A DNA stretch of 64,000 bases from a virus: positions 1 through 64,000 of IMG/VR virus record IMGVR_UViG_3300037225_000466; one strand, given 5' to 3'. Made by a program: the position numbers and the translations under genes. Under the pieces are notes generated by a model that saw nothing but the letters and a program-made list of their open reading frames with translations, was not told the origin of the DNA and made no database searches. This document shows, one piece after another, positions 40,560 to 51,700 of this stretch (positions are counted from its first letter, which is position 1; each line of letters opens with the position of its first letter).

Positions 40560-40709
40560 TAATTTTGCAGTGTAACAATTATTAGAAACTAAAGAGAGTA
40601 TTCAAATGCAATTAAAAATTAATCAGACTGCCTGCAAATCCTGTCTCAATCGCTCTCTGCGTTGTTTCAATGATTGTTACAACAGGCAGTCTGAATATTT
40701 GAGGTGGAT
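40560..40709 (+). promoter_or_regulatory. Bacteroidota-type promoter plus structured leader
   Basis: TAATTTTG at 40560; TCAGACTGCCTG/CAGGCAGTCTGA stem; 5' end complementary to the loop. Confidence 0.6.
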
Positions 40710-41213
40710 ATGAGAACTCATAGAAAATGTGGCACAAAGATTTATGTACTCTGGAAATCAATTAAACAAAGATGCTACTGTCCGTCGGCTTCGCCGTATA
40801 AATTTTATGGTGGTCGTGGTATAACTATGTATGAAAAATGGATTCATTCTTTTGAAACATTTTACGAGTTTGTTTCTAAGTTGCCGAATTTTGACGAAAG
40901 TCGATTAGGTGCACACGGGTTATCTTTAGATAGAATTGACAATGAGAGAGGATATTTCCCCGACAACATCCGATGGGTTACAATGTCAATACAATCACGA
41001 AATATAAGACTATCAAAAAGAAATACTACTGGCTATATAGGAGTTTCTATTAATAAAAAATGCCCTATAAGACCATACAAGGCGGCTATCAATCTTAAAG
41101 GGTACGCTGCATTGGGTCAATTTAAAACGGCAAAAGAAGCCGCAATAGCCAGAGATAAATGTATTATTGATAATAATTTAGAAGGATTTAACTTACAAGT
41201 TTTAAAGAGGTAA
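40710..41213 (+). CDS. HNH homing endonuclease with AP2 domain
   Basis: WKSIKQRC, YGGRGI, SLDRIDNERGYFPDNIRW, NTTGYIGV..AAIARD. Confidence 0.9.
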   Translation: MRTHRKCGTKIYVLWKSIKQRCYCPSASPYKFYGGRGITMYEKWIHSFETFYEFVSKLPNFDESRLGAHGLSLDRIDNERGYFPDNIRWVTMSIQSRNIRLSKRNTTGYIGVSINKKCPIRPYKAAINLKGYAALGQFKTAKEAAIARDKCIIDNNLEGFNLQVLKR

Positions 41214-41214
41214 T

Positions 41215-42168
41215 ATGAAAGTTTTTGTAGGATTAGAGCGTATCACGTATCTTGATGAACGCTGGTATAAAAAAATTCTCAGTCGTCAAGAATATTTTGA
41301 GGCAATAAAGAATCCCTTAATTCAAGCGAATTTCAATCACGAGATTGAAGGTGGGCGAGCTTCTTTTTTAGCCGCTTTCGATGCCACTCTTGACAAAGAA
41401 TATGAAATACCTGAGTTCTTTGAGATTAATATGCAAAGCGTTACATCGTTTTTTGATGTTATCGCCAAAGGCAAACAATTTCTTGAATGGTATAGGAACA
41501 CAAAGGACCCGCTTGCAATATTTGAGGAAGCGGGGCAACTTGGCACAGATTTCCACGATATGATTTATCGTGTTTTTATGGGAGAAGAGGTTGAATTTAT
41601 TGAAGGCGAATCCAATAGCGAGTTATGGATGAGATTTATGTTTTGGTGTGAATGGTGGAAAGAATTCACTTCTACTCATAAAATCGAGACCCTTGAAGTT
41701 GAAAAAAAGATTTACGACCTTGGAGGTCTCTATGGTGGCACTTTAGACTGGGTAGGCATGGTTGATTCGGTACTCACTGTTTGTGACTGGAAGAGTGGGT
41801 CGTTTGTCAATTATACTGCTGAAATGCAAGTAGCTGCTTACGCTAAGACAGTGGGTGCACAACAAGGCTTTATTGTCCAATGTAATCCGAGTCTGACGAC
41901 GAAAAAGAAATATAAGGCAATCCCTCTTAGTCAATCAGACTTGGATATTCGATACGAACAATTCAAAGTAACGCAAAAAATGTTTTGGATTAATAGTTAC
42001 GAAGACATTAAAGGCGGCATAAAACCAAAATCTCCTAATTACCCTAAAAAGGTAAGTTTGGAAAGTATAAAAGAATGGGCTTATAGTGAACCGCCGCAAA
42101 AGAAAACAAAGAAAAAGCCTGCACCTATTGCAGGCCCAATTATTGAAGAAACTACTAATTTATTTTAA
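41215..42168 (+). CDS. PD-(D/E)XK exonuclease
   Basis: SVTS, GTDFH, VEKKI, YGGTLD, VCDWKSG, QVAAY. Confidence 0.8.
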   Translation: MKVFVGLERITYLDERWYKKILSRQEYFEAIKNPLIQANFNHEIEGGRASFLAAFDATLDKEYEIPEFFEINMQSVTSFFDVIAKGKQFLEWYRNTKDPLAIFEEAGQLGTDFHDMIYRVFMGEEVEFIEGESNSELWMRFMFWCEWWKEFTSTHKIETLEVEKKIYDLGGLYGGTLDWVGMVDSVLTVCDWKSGSFVNYTAEMQVAAYAKTVGAQQGFIVQCNPSLTTKKKYKAIPLSQSDLDIRYEQFKVTQKMFWINSYEDIKGGIKPKSPNYPKKVSLESIKEWAYSEPPQKKTKKKPAPIAGPIIEETTNLF

Positions 42169-42178
42169 GGAGGATACA

Positions 42179-42835
42179 ATGGGTTACTCAAACACGCAAA
42201 CTACCCGTAACTACTTCAAAATAAAATCAGGTTACGTGGTAACAACAATTAAAGAAACAGATAAGGATAAGCCGAAATACGCAAGTCTTATCGAAACAGC
42301 CGCCAATGTTGAAACTTATCTCAATAAGAACGGCGAGAAAGTTGTAGATATTTGTTACAGGCAATTTGAGGGTTATTTACAAAACATCTCTTTGAATACC
42401 GAAGGGAAATTTGGAATTACTTGGCTTGTAGAATTTTTAGACGCACCCGATATTTACACTTGGGAAATCCCCGTCGACAATATGACTTTTCAGTCTTTCG
42501 TTAACTGCCTCTTGTCTTGCGAGACGGATTTTGGCAAATTGAGATTGAAACCTTGGCTCAGTCCAAAAACAGAAAGAACCAGTCTTTATATTGACAATGG
42601 TTCGGAGCCATTAAACTGGGCGGTCAAATACGAAGACTTGCCGCCAGTTAAACCGATGCTCAATGCCAAAGGTGAAGAAATTAAAGACGCTAAAGGCAAT
42701 ACAATTTACGATACTTCGGCGAGAATGGAGTGGCTTAAAAGTTCGGTTGCTATAATTCAAGAGAAATTGAAGCAGCTACAGGCTGTCGAACCGAACAGGC
42801 TTGGCGAAACAGAAGACGATTCGGTGCCATTCTGA
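42179..42835 (+). CDS. Putative single-stranded DNA-binding protein
   Basis: Follows exonuclease; acidic EDDSVPF tail. Confidence 0.55.
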   Translation: MGYSNTQTTRNYFKIKSGYVVTTIKETDKDKPKYASLIETAANVETYLNKNGEKVVDICYRQFEGYLQNISLNTEGKFGITWLVEFLDAPDIYTWEIPVDNMTFQSFVNCLLSCETDFGKLRLKPWLSPKTERTSLYIDNGSEPLNWAVKYEDLPPVKPMLNAKGEEIKDAKGNTIYDTSARMEWLKSSVAIIQEKLKQLQAVEPNRLGETEDDSVPF

Positions 42836-43176
42836 TGCGTATAATTTATTTAGTCCACCCAATCAGCGGCGACCCTGCGAACATCGCCCACTTATTGGAA
42901 ATAGTAAAGTGTATCAACTTGAAATACAAGGATATAGTCCCGTTCGCCTCCTACGTTGCCGACTGCCTTGCCCTTGACGACACAGACCCTGAGCAAAGAG
43001 CAAGGGGTCTGTGGAACGACAGGGAGCTTTTCGGGCGGAAGTTCATTCAGGAAATCTGGGTACTTGGAGACACTATCACAAGTGGGATGAGTAGTGAAAT
43101 TGCAAGGGCGGAAGTATTAGGAATTCCAGTGACTTACTGGAGCGAGCAGGATATTGAAAATTTATTAACAATATAA
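42835..43176 (+). CDS. Nucleoside deoxyribosyltransferase-like (DUF4406-type) protein
   Basis: IYLVHPISG...EIWVLG..TSGMSSEI..A..LGIPV. Confidence 0.7.
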   Translation: MRIIYLVHPISGDPANIAHLLEIVKCINLKYKDIVPFASYVADCLALDDTDPEQRARGLWNDRELFGRKFIQEIWVLGDTITSGMSSEIARAEVLGIPVTYWSEQDIENLLTI

Positions 43177-43188
43177 AGGATTTTAAAA

Positions 43189-43560
43189 ATGGAACAATCG
43201 ATTAACGAACTATCAATTAATGGGAAAATCTATGTTCCCAAAGATTCAATCCAAAACAAGGTAACTGATACAAGCGGGTTGCCTTATGTTATGTGTAGGA
43301 CTCATACAGCCGGAGTTTTTGCAGGATATCTAAAAGAACGTAATGGTAAAGAAGGTATTTTGTTAAATGCCCGTAGGATATGGTATTGGGACGGAGCGGC
43401 TTCATTATCTCAATTGGCTACCGAAGGAACAACTAATCCTTCAAATTGTAAATTTCCATGTGAAGTAAGCGAAGTAACGTTAACAGAAATTATTGAAATT
43501 ATACCAATTACAGAGGTAGCTAAAAAGAGTTTAGATAAGGTGCCAATATGGAAACAATAA
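43189..43560 (+). CDS. DUF6948-like protein
   Basis: YVMCRTHTAGVFAG, NARRIWYWDGAASLSQLA, IEIIP. Confidence 0.75.
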   Translation: MEQSINELSINGKIYVPKDSIQNKVTDTSGLPYVMCRTHTAGVFAGYLKERNGKEGILLNARRIWYWDGAASLSQLATEGTTNPSNCKFPCEVSEVTLTEIIEIIPITEVAKKSLDKVPIWKQ

Positions 43561-43787
43561 AAGATGGCTCTGGCTCTGGCTCTGGCTCTGGCTATGGCTA
43601 TGGCGATGGCTATGGCTATGGCTCTGGCTCTGGCTCTGACTCTGGCTCTGGCTATGGCTATGGCGATGGCTCTGGCTTTGGCTCTGGCTATGGCTCTGGC
43701 TATGGCGATAGCTCTGGCTATGGCTCTGGCGATGGCTCTGGCGATGGCTATGGCTCTGGCGATGGCGATGGCTCTGGCTATGGCTAA
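43548..43787 (+). CDS. Gly-X (S/Y/D) repeat peptide, copy 1
   Basis: METIKD then GX dipeptides encoded by GGC+TCT/TAT/GAT. Confidence 0.7.
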   Translation: METIKDGSGSGSGSGYGYGDGYGYGSGSGSDSGSGYGYGDGSGFGSGYGSGYGDSSGYGSGDGSGDGYGSGDGDGSGYG

Positions 43788-43827
43788 TATTGATTAAAAA
43801 ATTTATTAACAATATAAAGGTGCCAAT

Positions 43828-44001
<174 letters not shown>

Positions 44002-44038
44002 TATTGATTAAAAAATTTATTAATATTATAGAGGAACT

Positions 44039-44601
44039 ATGAAAAAACTAATATTGTTTTTACTGTTAGGAGTGGTCGTAGGCGTGATGAGCACAATAAT
44101 AGCATTTGAAGTTTCTATGCCAAAATCATTCTCTATAAAAACAACTCCACGCCAAGAAAAATGGATTCTTCTTAGAAGTATGCCAGACGTTATACAACAA
44201 ATAAGTACAAATAAAACCACATTCAATGACTATGTGTTGACTTATGGTAATAAAGATTTAACTACTGAGCCTTCCATGCTTTCTTGGGGCGATACGATGG
44301 CTATAAATATTTATAGAGAGTATATTTCAGGGGACACAACTTATATCCGTAAAAGATATTTGCTGTGTGGGAAAAGCGACACAACTGAAATCATAGTGAG
44401 CACAAAATGAAAACAATACAAATTAAATTCACCGTTGAAGTCCCCAAAGAGACCACCGAAGAGGACTTGACCGCCTGGCTGAACTTCCACTTGGGGGTTA
44501 GCCCGAAAATACCTATGAAGAACACACTCTGGGAAAACGGCCTTAAAGTAATTAATTGGAAATATGAGAAAAAGAATATACAAGAAAACAACTTGGAATA
44601 A
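44039..44601 (+). CDS. Signal-anchored protein (44039-44410) and small hypothetical (44407-44601)
   Basis: MKKLILFLLLGVVVG N-terminus. Confidence 0.55.
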
Positions 44602-45094
44602 ACAACCAAAGAAAACAAGTGATCCTTTGGTTCGAGCTCTGGAAAAGCCAACTTGGGATATATTTTCCTTGGACATCCGACTGCGGGACTGTGATGAAGA
44701 CGGGAACGGTTTTTGTGCGACCTGCGGGAAGCCTCTCTGGTGGTTCCATGCTGACGCTGGTCATTACGAGAACCGTGCCTGTAAGGCTATTAAATACGAC
44801 AGATACAATGTAAATTTACAATGCAAATACGATAACGGTCTCCGTGAGGGCATGAAAGACCGCTACGCTAATTTTATAGAGAGGAAGTACGGGGTCGAGA
44901 AACGCCGTGAGCTTAATATGAAGGCTAAGTTACCACATAAGTTTACGACTGGAGAGCTCATGGCGATCTTTAACACTTCTTATCGAAATGTACGAGACTC
45001 TAAATTCCCAGAAGCCCAAAAGAAAATTAAAAAAATACTCGCCGACTATGCGAAATGTGGCGGGATTATCAACGAGGGATTAAGTATAAAATAG
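44564..45094 (+). CDS. ninG: NinG/Rap recombination endonuclease
   Basis: FSLDIRLRD, CATCG, DAGHY, NVNLQC..DN. Confidence 0.85.
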   Translation: MRKRIYKKTTWNKQPKKTSDPLVRALEKPTWDIFSLDIRLRDCDEDGNGFCATCGKPLWWFHADAGHYENRACKAIKYDRYNVNLQCKYDNGLREGMKDRYANFIERKYGVEKRRELNMKAKLPHKFTTGELMAIFNTSYRNVRDSKFPEAQKKIKKILADYAKCGGIINEGLSIK

Positions 45095-45101
45095 GAGAGG
45101 A

Positions 45102-45521
45102 ATGAATATTAAGGTTAGAATCTGGGATAGTCATAAAAAATGTTTTTTATTAAGAGAAAAATATTTTATATACGGGTTGTCTTTAGACGGAGAATTGATA
45201 AAATGCCATGCTTCTGGTGATGAAGCGGGATTTGACTATTATGACAACCCCAACATTGAAATTATGCAATGCACGGGTCTCGAAAGCCTCAACGGCAAAG
45301 GTAAAGAAATTTATAGACTGGACATACTCTCAAATAGTAGAAAGACTGCCAATTTTATCGTCGACTGGGACGACCGCAAGGCTATGTTCAACGGATTCTA
45401 CCTTAATGGCGACGGGACTTGGGACGATGCTTATGAAGGCAATTTATCAATGTTACAAGACCTTGAAGTAATTGGAAATTTTTTCGAAAACCCCGAACTT
45501 TTAAAGGATTCAGATGACTGA
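45102..45521 (+). CDS. yopX: YopX family protein
   Basis: KVRIWD, MQCTGL, GKEIY, EVIGNFFENPELL. Confidence 0.85.
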   Translation: MNIKVRIWDSHKKCFLLREKYFIYGLSLDGELIKCHASGDEAGFDYYDNPNIEIMQCTGLESLNGKGKEIYRLDILSNSRKTANFIVDWDDRKAMFNGFYLNGDGTWDDAYEGNLSMLQDLEVIGNFFENPELLKDSDD

Positions 45522-45765
45522 CCGCACCCAATATTACGCAGACTATTACAAAGGACATCAAGAAACAATCAAGCAAAAACGTCTCCAGCATAAAGACGAA
45601 TTGTTTGAGTACATTGGCAAACAGGACTTCTCCAAATTGCCTATTCGTAAAGCAATGTGGCTTGTTAAGGAATTTCGGAGAATCGCCGAAAAAGAAAGAA
45701 TTAAAAAATCCAGTATGAAAGCATGGAAAGAATATTTTGATAAGAATAAAAGGAAAAGAAAATGA
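45514..45765 (+). CDS. Basic hypothetical protein
   Basis: 83 aa, coupled. Confidence 0.5.
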   Translation: MTDRTQYYADYYKGHQETIKQKRLQHKDELFEYIGKQDFSKLPIRKAMWLVKEFRRIAEKERIKKSSMKAWKEYFDKNKRKRK

Positions 45766-46478
45766 ATTTCTTAGAAGAAAACATCGACAAGGTCTTATGT
45801 ATGGACGCAGTTGAATGTATGAGGCTAATCCCTGATAAAACGGTAGATTTGATTTGTACGGATCCTCCGTATAGTATAAGTGATAAGGGAGGTAGTAAAA
45901 AGGTAAAAAATTACTCCATATTTAGAAACGATTGGGACAAAGACTTCAATCCTCTTCCTTTCCTCGACGAGGCTTTTCGAATCATCAAGGACAACGGGCA
46001 GATAATTGTTATGTGCAATCGGAGTCTTTTGGGGACTTATCTCAGGTACAGAAAGGAACAGGACATTCTCCATTGGTATCATCCGACCAGAGTCCCAGCT
46101 TTTAGCAAAGTTTTTGCACCAACTATTGAATATGCAGTTTGGTGGACGAATCCTGATTATACGTTTAATAAAAAATATGCCAAAACTAATGTGTTTGATT
46201 ATTTGAGACCGTACCAACTTAATCAGAAATATCCTCATCCAAGTCAGAAACCTACTCATTTAATTAAAAAGTGGATTCAGGTTTTAACGAATCCAGGGGA
46301 TATGGTTATAGATTTTTTTGTCGGAAGTGGTACGACTGCTATTGCGGCTTTAGAGATGGACAGGCATTTTATAGTCAATGATATTAGTCCAGAGTATGCA
46401 GAAATGACAAAAAAAAGAGTTGCTTTACATCATAAAAAAATTTACTATTTCAGCCCCTGTAAAACCAGTGCTTTGTAA
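45762..46478 (+). CDS. Orphan DNA N6A/N4C methyltransferase (beta class)
   Basis: DPPY, HPSQKP, DFFVGSGTT. Confidence 0.9.
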   Translation: MNFLEENIDKVLCMDAVECMRLIPDKTVDLICTDPPYSISDKGGSKKVKNYSIFRNDWDKDFNPLPFLDEAFRIIKDNGQIIVMCNRSLLGTYLRYRKEQDILHWYHPTRVPAFSKVFAPTIEYAVWWTNPDYTFNKKYAKTNVFDYLRPYQLNQKYPHPSQKPTHLIKKWIQVLTNPGDMVIDFFVGSGTTAIAALEMDRHFIVNDISPEYAEMTKKRVALHHKKIYYFSPCKTSAL

Positions 46479-48382
46479 ATTATCAGCATAGTGAGAAAAG
46501 CCGTTCTGCTTGTGAAGTGGGAGCCGTGCTCTTTGTAGAGGTCGTTAAGTTGGACAAGTGCTTTGTAAGTAATATAAACATCTATAATTTCGGAAGCGGG
46601 GAGGCGATGATTGTTTTTCACGAATCCTTCATCTTTAGTCCAGTTGATTCCAGAACCGAGCCCCGTACTAAGTATTACATATTGGACAATTTCAGGCAGT
46701 TCGATTTCCATGCCATAATGCTTTAACCACCAATCGTGGATAATGGCAATGTATTTGTTTGCACCTGGGTTAACCTGTACTTGTTTTGTCCTAAGAGTAT
46801 CTGAATCTCTTTGAATATCTTTTTTCCATTTATTCCACCGTCCGTCCTTCTTTGGTTCTTGTTCTTTTGGGGGGCTCTTCTTTTTTGCTACTTTATATTC
46901 CTTGCCCTTATAAATACAGACTATCATTTCAACCCTTTGATTTTGAAAAAAGCGTATTCAGTGTTGACGGCGTAGTTCTGGTAAATCTCGGCTACTCTTT
47001 TATAATCTACTGGCATTTGTAATTCTCGGCAACTGTCACATATCGGGAAAAGCAGACCATCAACTTTTTCAAGCTCGAAACCGTCCGCGGGTGCGTCGAA
47101 AGAGCCGCAGCAGCAGCATTGATAATATTTTAAAAAGTTGTGGTCGAATATTGAGGAACTATAAGGCATGTGTCTTGCTATGAAATCACGAATTTCCGAT
47201 AGTCCGTCCGTCTCTTTCCTCACGATTAAGTTCCTGACTTGTGCCTTAAGGTCGCCCTGTGGGTTTTGCTGGGCTTTCATTAAGTATTCGGCGACTGAAT
47301 GAGCTTCGAATCTCCTAATGTCGTCCATAAGGAATTCCAACTCAACCTGTGAAATGGTTTGTAATTGATCGTATTCTTCGCCTGTGATTTTTAGATATTC
47401 GCAAATTTCTGGCTTACTCATTTTGAGTGTTGGGAGCATACGGGAAAGATAGTATTTCTGCGTGATTACAAGTTTCTCCTCTGCGAGAATTTGCTCGTGA
47501 AACTCTGTGATTTTGTCGTCAGATTTGTGGATTATCACAAGACTACCTTCATCAATCGTACACTTTTGTCGCTTGAGCCGCCGCAAATGCTTTTAATCCA
47601 TTTTTTTTTAGACTTATAAACCATCACTCTCCCGCAATGATTGCACTTATAAAGATTTACATCTTTACCTATTGTGCCTACTCGCATTGGAAATTTTTCT
47701 TTCTTCATATCAATCCCTCATTCTTGGTTTGAATTGGTCAGTAAATTTTATAGGTCTCGTTATCCATATTGGTTCTTTTTTAGGTTTTGGTCTATATTGA
47801 ATATCAAAATAACCTTTTTCTCCCTTATATCTCAATCCTATCCTATCGTATCCTATTTTTTGCTCAAGGTTGTGAGAATTTCTTACAGCATTTATATCCC
47901 TAAACGGAATCATATTTGTTGTTTTTAATTCTTCTTCTAAATTTACTTTTTCGATTTCTGTCTCTTCTGGTGTCATTTTAATTAAACTCGTGGATTCTAT
48001 TTAACTTAGCATTTTTAAGTAATTTTTCCTTTAAAGTAATATCATTCAAATATACGCACTTGCCTTCAAGATATAGTTTTGCTATATACTCTTTTAATCT
48101 AAATTTTGGTCTTGGATAAGGAAGTTTTGCAAAAGTTAAATACATCCTTATCATATCATTATGTTTATGTCCGTGTTTACTTTTTATAATGTGATTTTTT
48201 ATTAGACAATTTATGATTTTTAACATTATATAGTTATCATATATAGTCTGTTTGTAACTTATCGGTTCTTCTTTTGGAAGAAGCTCTGACTTTTCTTTTC
48301 TTTGCATTAGCCTACGATTTCTCATTTTGTAGACCTCTATTTTTGCAAAAACTTGTTTTTTTTCATTTTTACTTAATTGCAT
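46445..48382 (-). CDS. Hypothetical genes (46445-46927, 46924-47586 with Zn ribbon, 47710-47976, 47978-48382)
   Basis: ORF track; CCCCG..CDSC in 46924-47586. Confidence 0.55.
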
Positions 48383-48612
48383 AACATTTTCCTCTGCATC
48401 TTATATTAAGTAGCCGTTACCAAATACCAATAGATAGAATATCCTCTGCTAATATCTTGCAACATAGAATCTTAGTATTTTTCTGATTATGCAGTCTACC
48501 TGTCGTCATGTTGGGACGGAGCAGGATTCCAATTCTATGCCGTCTATCCTTGATTTACTTTTCATTTAAGGTTTCCCCTCGGCTGTTGAAATAAGTTATA
48601 AAGACCGTATAT

Positions 48613-48750
48613 AAAAAAATTCCGACGGAGTTGTATAGCAGAGGACCGTCGGAATTTTATCGGTAAAATTTCTTTTACCTACAAATTTATTTTTTATGTC
48701 AAAATTTTCTTTCATTTTCCTCTGCTTTATTTTTCCTATACGAAATTAAT
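48613..48750 (-). promoter_or_regulatory. Structured leader/terminator with alternative pairing
   Basis: 13-bp AAAATTCCGACGG stem; loop complementary to AGCAGAGGA upstream; promoter-like TAAATTTG at 48689-48682. Confidence 0.5.
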
Positions 48751-48796
48751 ACATTTTTATTTTATTTCCTAATGAAAATTTTTATAATCCGTACAA

Positions 48797-51700
48797 TTAC
48801 TTATTTTCCAAAAAATACTGCAAATTAATATTTGGCTTGTTCGACTTCCTATATCTTACCTGCACCCCGCTCTCAGACTGCTTTTCGTAAGCGGACTGGA
48901 CTGCCATTGCTTCATATTCTCTTCTCACCGCACTTTTTGCTCCCTCAATTACCTTCTTAAATTCAACGTCCGAGGTCCCTGGCGTTTGGTAATTTTCGCT
49001 GGGGTGGATTTTGGAATATAATTCCTGCCTGAATGTCGGGTCGTCTAATTTATCATCAATCTCCTTGATTTTTGCTTTGTATTCATCTTTGGTCTCTTTC
49101 CATGCGTCGATAATATCGTTCTTTAATTTATCAGCATTGAGGATTGGCTTTCCGCCCTCTTGTTCGTTTGCGAGAAGTTCTCTCTCGGCTGAGTCCTTAT
49201 TCCTCTTTACTCCGTCTACTATAATTTCTACCCCTCCAACTCCGAGAGTCTTCTTGATGTACCGTGCCTGTAAGGCTGGAGTGTTTGTGGGATTTTTGTC
49301 CTCTCTCATTAACTCGGCTTCCCATTTTTGGTGCAGTGGCTTCCCAAGCCCGACATCCTGCAAAGCGTTGTACCATTTATAGTCTCCTGTCGGAGCACCT
49401 TCCTTATCGAGTTTTTTGCCTCCCGAAAGATTAAAGTATGCTTCAATTCCTCTCTGTGCTACTGGCGGGACGATCCCTCCCTGTGTCAAAGCTCCCCACA
49501 GTTTCTGAGAAACACTCTTATTGCCGTCGGAAACTTCATTGATAATTTTTATAATAGAACTTAACATAAAAGGATTCCCGATTTGCCCTAAAACATCATG
49601 TAGGCTGAAATCCCTGTCCATTAACATTGAGAGTACATTGTATTCAGTTGCCTGCCTTAAGCTCTTTGCAAGGGTTCTGTCGATTCCGACTTTCTCTAAG
49701 CCGTTTTCTATATGTCTCCAGATTGCCTCGGTCCCTGTTTCTTTAGTCACACTCGGTTCATCTTTATTGTCTCCTCCTATTTGTCTCAGACCGTCATAAA
49801 GAATCCCTAATGCTGGCAAAGCCCTAACTCCGTGCATGAACATTCTTAGAAAAGACCTTGTTGTGAAATCTACAATGCCTCCAGCTTTTAACGGGTCAGC
49901 ATGAAGAGCTTTCTGTGCCTCAATTAAGTAATGCCTGAAATTATTAGCCGTCGGTAAAAAGAATTTGGTTATAGGAGCTAAGAGTTTTTGGTTTCTTATA
50001 CCCTGTACGATTTTAGTTGTGTTTGAAGGTGTGAAACTTCCTTGTGCTTCGGCAATCCCAGAAATAACCTTATTCTCAATTTCTCTAATATACTGTTCCT
50101 CTGTGAGCCCGCTTCCTTCAAATGGATACTTAGCCATTAAAGCCTTCCGCATGACTATCGCTCCGACCTCTCTGCCGTTTCTCCATGCCTGCTTGGGCAA
50201 CCAGAGCATTGCGTTCTGTACACCTCTTTGCAGGTTTGGGGTGTGCTCGCTTCTGAATAAGTTATCCGCTATTGTTTGACTCTGCATAACTCTACTGTCA
50301 ATTTCTTTCTCTAATGAGTTTTTAACATTAATATCAAATGTTGGAGCCTTTAATTTTCCGAGCATTGATTTTATTTGTGCGGGTACGCCTTCCCAAATCG
50401 GAACGAATGTCGGGAGACCGTTGGACTTTAATAAATCAATAGTATTCATTAGCACACCTTCAAGATGCCTTGCGTAGGTATTAGCATTGAAAGTTAAAGC
50501 CCCTGCACCTATCCAGTTAGAACCGCCTTGTACCCATCTGCCAGGGTCGTATACGCTACCGTCAGCCGTGGTAATTGTCCCCTGCCCTATTAATTGCCCA
50601 AAAGGGTTTACTCTTGGGGTTTGCTGGGCTTGCCTTGCCTGCTCTTCGAGCCACCTGTTATGCCTGTTTATTCCAGTCTCTTTATTGTTGATGGTCTCCA
50701 ATAACTGCTTCTGTGCGGTTTTTGAAGTTGCATTTCTTTGTAACTTATCGTACTGCCTTAAATTCTCGTGCTCCATGTTATTGTAATGAGCAACCACTGC
50801 CTTCTTGGGGCTCATTTCAGTATGAGTAAAGGCATAGTTTGGAGTGGGCTGTTCTATTGACTGTCTGCTTGAAAGCCTGTGGATTAAATTCGTGAACCTG
50901 TCGCTGTCGCCACTTTTTATAATCTCATTGACTTTGTCTATTTGCTCAGGTGTCATTCCTTCAAGTTTTTTAATGGTCGGTTCGTCGAGCTCAGACTTCC
51001 CGCCTCTGCTTACATATCCTAAAAGAACATTAGCATTTCTTTCGTTCTGGTTTAAACGATAAGGCATTTCCGTAGGGACGAAAGATTTGACTTCGACTTC
51101 GACCTTTCTCGGTTTCCCAGTTGCTGGGTCAATAGGAGTATCAACTATTTCGCCTCGGTGGTTGTACATTTTATCAACTGTACCCTTGGCGTTGATTAAC
51201 TTATCTTCGTTTCGGCTTCCCTCTGTTGGTTCAAATCCCAGTTTCTTTAATTCGGCTACATCGTTTTTTAGCATTTCTTTTCTGGTTTTATAGCCTTTGT
51301 GAACCCTTATTAAAGATTCTTCGGGTTTAACTCCAGCCTGCCTTATATCCATTTGCCACTGATTTCCGCCACTGTTTAATTGAGGTATATAGTGGTCTGC
51401 TTCGCTGGTTTTCTGGAATCTGTCGTAATCAGCAAGATAACTAACATCCTTTTTTAACTGAGCAATTTCTGATTTATAAGGACCAGCTTTGTCGGCAATC
51501 TGAGTCTTGATTTCTACATTTGCTTTCTTTAACTCCGCCATCCTTATTTTAATCTTAACGGGGCTCGCTTCGTTGTCGGTTGCAAGACGAATCTTTAACT
51601 TCTGCAACTCAGCATTATTCTTCTTGAAAGTTTTATTCTGGTCTGAGACCCACTTTTCTCTCTGAGACTTTACTTTCTCTAAAGCGGGCTTTGTCTCAGT

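Noticed and set aside
40560-41213. Group I intron around HNH
   Set aside because: No interrupted host gene; the HNH has its own promoter and RBS
43531-43812. MALALA (+) and SHSQ (-) ORFs
   Set aside because: Alternative-frame shadows of the hexamer repeat; the RBS and the duplicated start support the Gly-X frame
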